Under the pieces are notes generated by a model, which was given only the letters and a program-made list of their open reading frames with translations, searched no databases and was not told the origin of the DNA. From Alloascoidea hylecoeti (lineage: Eukaryota): a DNA stretch of 64,000 nt. The translations under genes and the position numbers were made by a program. The DNA lies in the NCBI GenBank assembly GCA_001600815.1, contig BCKZ01000032.1:1-64000 (forward strand), read 5' to 3'. Below are positions 61,625 through 64,000 of this stretch, piece after piece (the stretch's first letter is position 1; every line of letters starts with the position of its first letter).

Positions 61625-62150
61625 AATATAGAGCCTTAATGGCCACTTGAAAAAAAAAAAAATTGGGGAAGTTGTAGTTGATTTCGATAGAATTTTTCTC
61701 GCTTCTTTTGCCATTTCTTTCCAGAACGTTGTGGAAAGGAGGTGGAATATGAATCCAATTGAGCATGTGGATTCACTGTGGAATCTCCTCAAAAAAGTTC
61801 ATCAGGCAGGAATTTCCATTATGTCCCTTCCACATTGTGTAGATCTAGATGTGAAATCTATGTGTCTCTCTCAAAATATTGGGACCTCATGGATCAGTAT
61901 ATTGATAATACGATTGACTCGATTCCTGGTGGAGTGGAAGTCGTTTATAAGGGCGCCAATACTAAAATTAAAATGTCATTTTATAACTAATATATATACA
62001 CTAATATAATCTCTAGTACATATCTCCGGATCATTGTGAACTCTTTTAAGAACAGTTCAAGGCCTTATAGAGCACTCAGTGGCTGGTTATATATTAAAGC
62101 ATCGCCATTTTATTTGGAGTGGTATCAAAAAGAGCCAAGGTTGTAACCGG
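61625..62150 (+). mobile_element. Tc1-like transposase C-terminal remnant
   Basis: MNPIEHV..LWNLLKK and YWDLMDQ..IDSIP; 3' sequence CAGTGGCTGGTTATA shared with ~39435. Confidence 0.75.
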
Positions 62151-62161
62151 CTGAACATTTT

Positions 62162-64000
62162 TCATGATTCATCAAAAAGTCCATTCATCATTTTTTCTCT
62201 TTCAATTTCCAATTTTTTATAAAAATCAATAACTTTTGAATCAATCAATATTTTATTTTTATTAAAATTTAAAACCTGTAAACCATCTCTTGAAACAGCT
62301 CTAGATAACGCAACGTAAGCTTGGCCTTTTTCGAATATTTTTTTCAAATCGACTTTTACTTTTGTTAATGTCTGTCCCTGGGATTTGTGAATAGATAATG
62401 CCCATGCTAAAATCAATGGTAATTGTTTCCTCGAAGCGATAATATTACCATCTGAATCTTCGATTTTCCAAACTTCGGGTTTTATTATGACATCTCTTGT
62501 TCGTCCATCAGGCAATAAGAATCTAACTTTTGGGTATAATTTTTCTTCTAATGCTGTTGATGATGTTAGATCCAAAAACCTTGATTTTTTTCTATCAAAC
62601 TTTGCAGAAACATTTGGAGATTCTGTAATACCATTAAATGGATTATCATTTTCGTTTTTATTTTCATTCTCACTTTCATTCTCATTTTCATTTTCATTTT
62701 CACTTAAACAAGTATTACCATCAACAAAATCAATTACTCTACCAAGGGAACCATTAACCAAAGAATCATCAATATTTTTAATCATCATTACCTGGGCATT
62801 GAGTTTCAAGGTTAATTTATCAGTTGCAAGTAAATTCGAGAGCATCTTGTTTCTCATATCTTTATCTGATTCAATTCCAGTATCAATCGAATGGTAATTA
62901 TGTAGTTCACCATTCAAATTTTTTAAATATCTTTCATTTGACTTATCAACTTCATATCTCGTGGGGAACAATTCCGTTGCAATTAAACCATCTTGATCAT
63001 TTAAAGGTCTTTCCAATTTTTGAAATAAATGACATGTTTTATCTGAAATTCGACCTAATCTCATTTCATTTAACATATCTATGAATTCATCATCGCCTTT
63101 TTGTCTAAAAACTTGCTTTAAAACAATTGTATGAGATAAAACAGTATTCCAACAATCTGCTTCAAATGAGAAGTTTTTAGTTAAACCTTCTTTATTAATT
63201 GGTGGTAATTGATAAAAATCTCCACAAACTATTAATTGTATACCACCAAAAGGTGAAGAAGTTTTACCGGTTAATCTCCTTGATATGAAATCCAAACTAT
63301 CAAATAATTTACTATCAATCATTGATATTTCATCAACTATTAAAGCGTTTATTTTTTTCCACCTTTTAACTGCCTTTTTATTCCTTTTCACTTTTCGTAA
63401 TAATAAATCTGATGATTCTTTACCTAATCCAATACCAGCAAATGAATGTAAAGTTGAACCACCGATATTACAGGCAGCTAAACCAGTTGAAGCCGTAATT
63501 GCAACTTTATCAGAACCATATTTTTGTTTTAATGATTTTATAACGCTTCGTAATAAAACTGATTTACCAGTTCCCGCAGATCCAGTAAAGAAAACACTTT
63601 TACCCTTTTTGATTAATTCTAAGATTTTGATTTGTTCCTCAGATAAACATATTGCTGTCCCAGTTTTCTGATTACTACCTGGTTTTGTTGTATCTAATAT
63701 TTCAATCATTGAATCTTTTAATTTTGACATTGATTTCACCTTAATAGTTGATCGTGTTGTTCTTGAAATATTGGAACGAGTGGAGGAGACAGTTGAGGAA
63801 GCAGTTACGGTTGCAGTTGCTGAAGAAGATCTTGATTTTTCGATTGTTGTTGAAAATGTTCTTCTATCAGGATGAACTACTTCAATGGAATGATGTAGTA
63901 CGTGTTTCTTATGTAATTGTGTAAGAGTCAATTGTGAAGGTTGATATAATGGGAAACTTGGGAACGATTGAGAATTTGAAATGGATCTATTAACATATGA
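62162..64000 (-). CDS. PIF1: PIF1-family 5'-3' DNA helicase (Pif1 or Rrm3), 5' end outside the window
   Basis: GSAGTGKS, DEISM, GDFYQLPP, IHKSQGQTL, YVALSR; frame is open to base 64000. Confidence 0.93.
   Translation of the reverse strand, partial: SYVNRSISNSQSFPSFPLYQPSQLTLTQLHKKHVLHHSIEVVHPDRRTFSTTIEKSRSSSATATVTASSTVSSTRSNISRTTRSTIKVKSMSKLKDSMIEILDTTKPGSNQKTGTAICLSEEQIKILELIKKGKSVFFTGSAGTGKSVLLRSVIKSLKQKYGSDKVAITASTGLAACNIGGSTLHSFAGIGLGKESSDLLLRKVKRNKKAVKRWKKINALIVDEISMIDSKLFDSLDFISRRLTGKTSSPFGGIQLIVCGDFYQLPPINKEGLTKNFSFEADCWNTVLSHTIVLKQVFRQKGDDEFIDMLNEMRLGRISDKTCHLFQKLERPLNDQDGLIATELFPTRYEVDKSNERYLKNLNGELHNYHSIDTGIESDKDMRNKMLSNLLATDKLTLKLNAQVMMIKNIDDSLVNGSLGRVIDFVDGNTCLSENENENENESENENKNENDNPFNGITESPNVSAKFDRKKSRFLDLTSSTALEEKLYPKVRFLLPDGRTRDVIIKPEVWKIEDSDGNIIASRKQLPLILAWALSIHKSQGQTLTKVKVDLKKIFEKGQAYVALSRAVSRDGLQVLNFNKNKILIDSKVIDFYKKLEIEREKMMNGLFDES

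Noticed and set aside
62640..62705. ENENEN repeat in the helicase
   Set aside because: Ordinary low-complexity insertion in a variable loop.
13283..63671. Many 60-140 aa antisense or overlapping ORFs inside known genes
   Set aside because: Shadow frames with no recognisable motifs.

Overview
AT-rich eukaryotic DNA from a budding yeast. Short spliceosomal introns, Tudor-SN, a dispersed 5S copy and CTG codons at conserved Leu positions in Sec7 suggest an early-diverging, standard-code Saccharomycotina lineage (inference). The first ~10.6 kb is gene-free and holds nested Ty1/copia fragments and LTRs, a probable Ty3/gypsy 5' end with a tRNA-Gln-type PBS, two back-to-back foldback inversions, pogo and Tc1 remnants and MITEs. 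The rest carries SEC7, STM1, STB3, an SSA-type Hsp70, a methyltransferase-like gene, PRP45, POP5, SND1, a polyamine oxidase, EMI1, an atypical glutaredoxin, HIS4, BIK1, a Zn2Cys6 factor, KEI1, a truncated PIF1-family helicase, tRNA-iMet, tRNA-Thr(CGT) and a disrupted 5S gene. The most notable signals cluster at Pol III genes. One poly(A)-tailed element end lies in two tandem copies ~50 bp upstream of tRNA-iMet and again inside the 5S gene. Separately, an identical 31-bp LTR-like end sits 74-75 bp downstream of both unrelated tRNA genes. All alignments and counts were made by eye.
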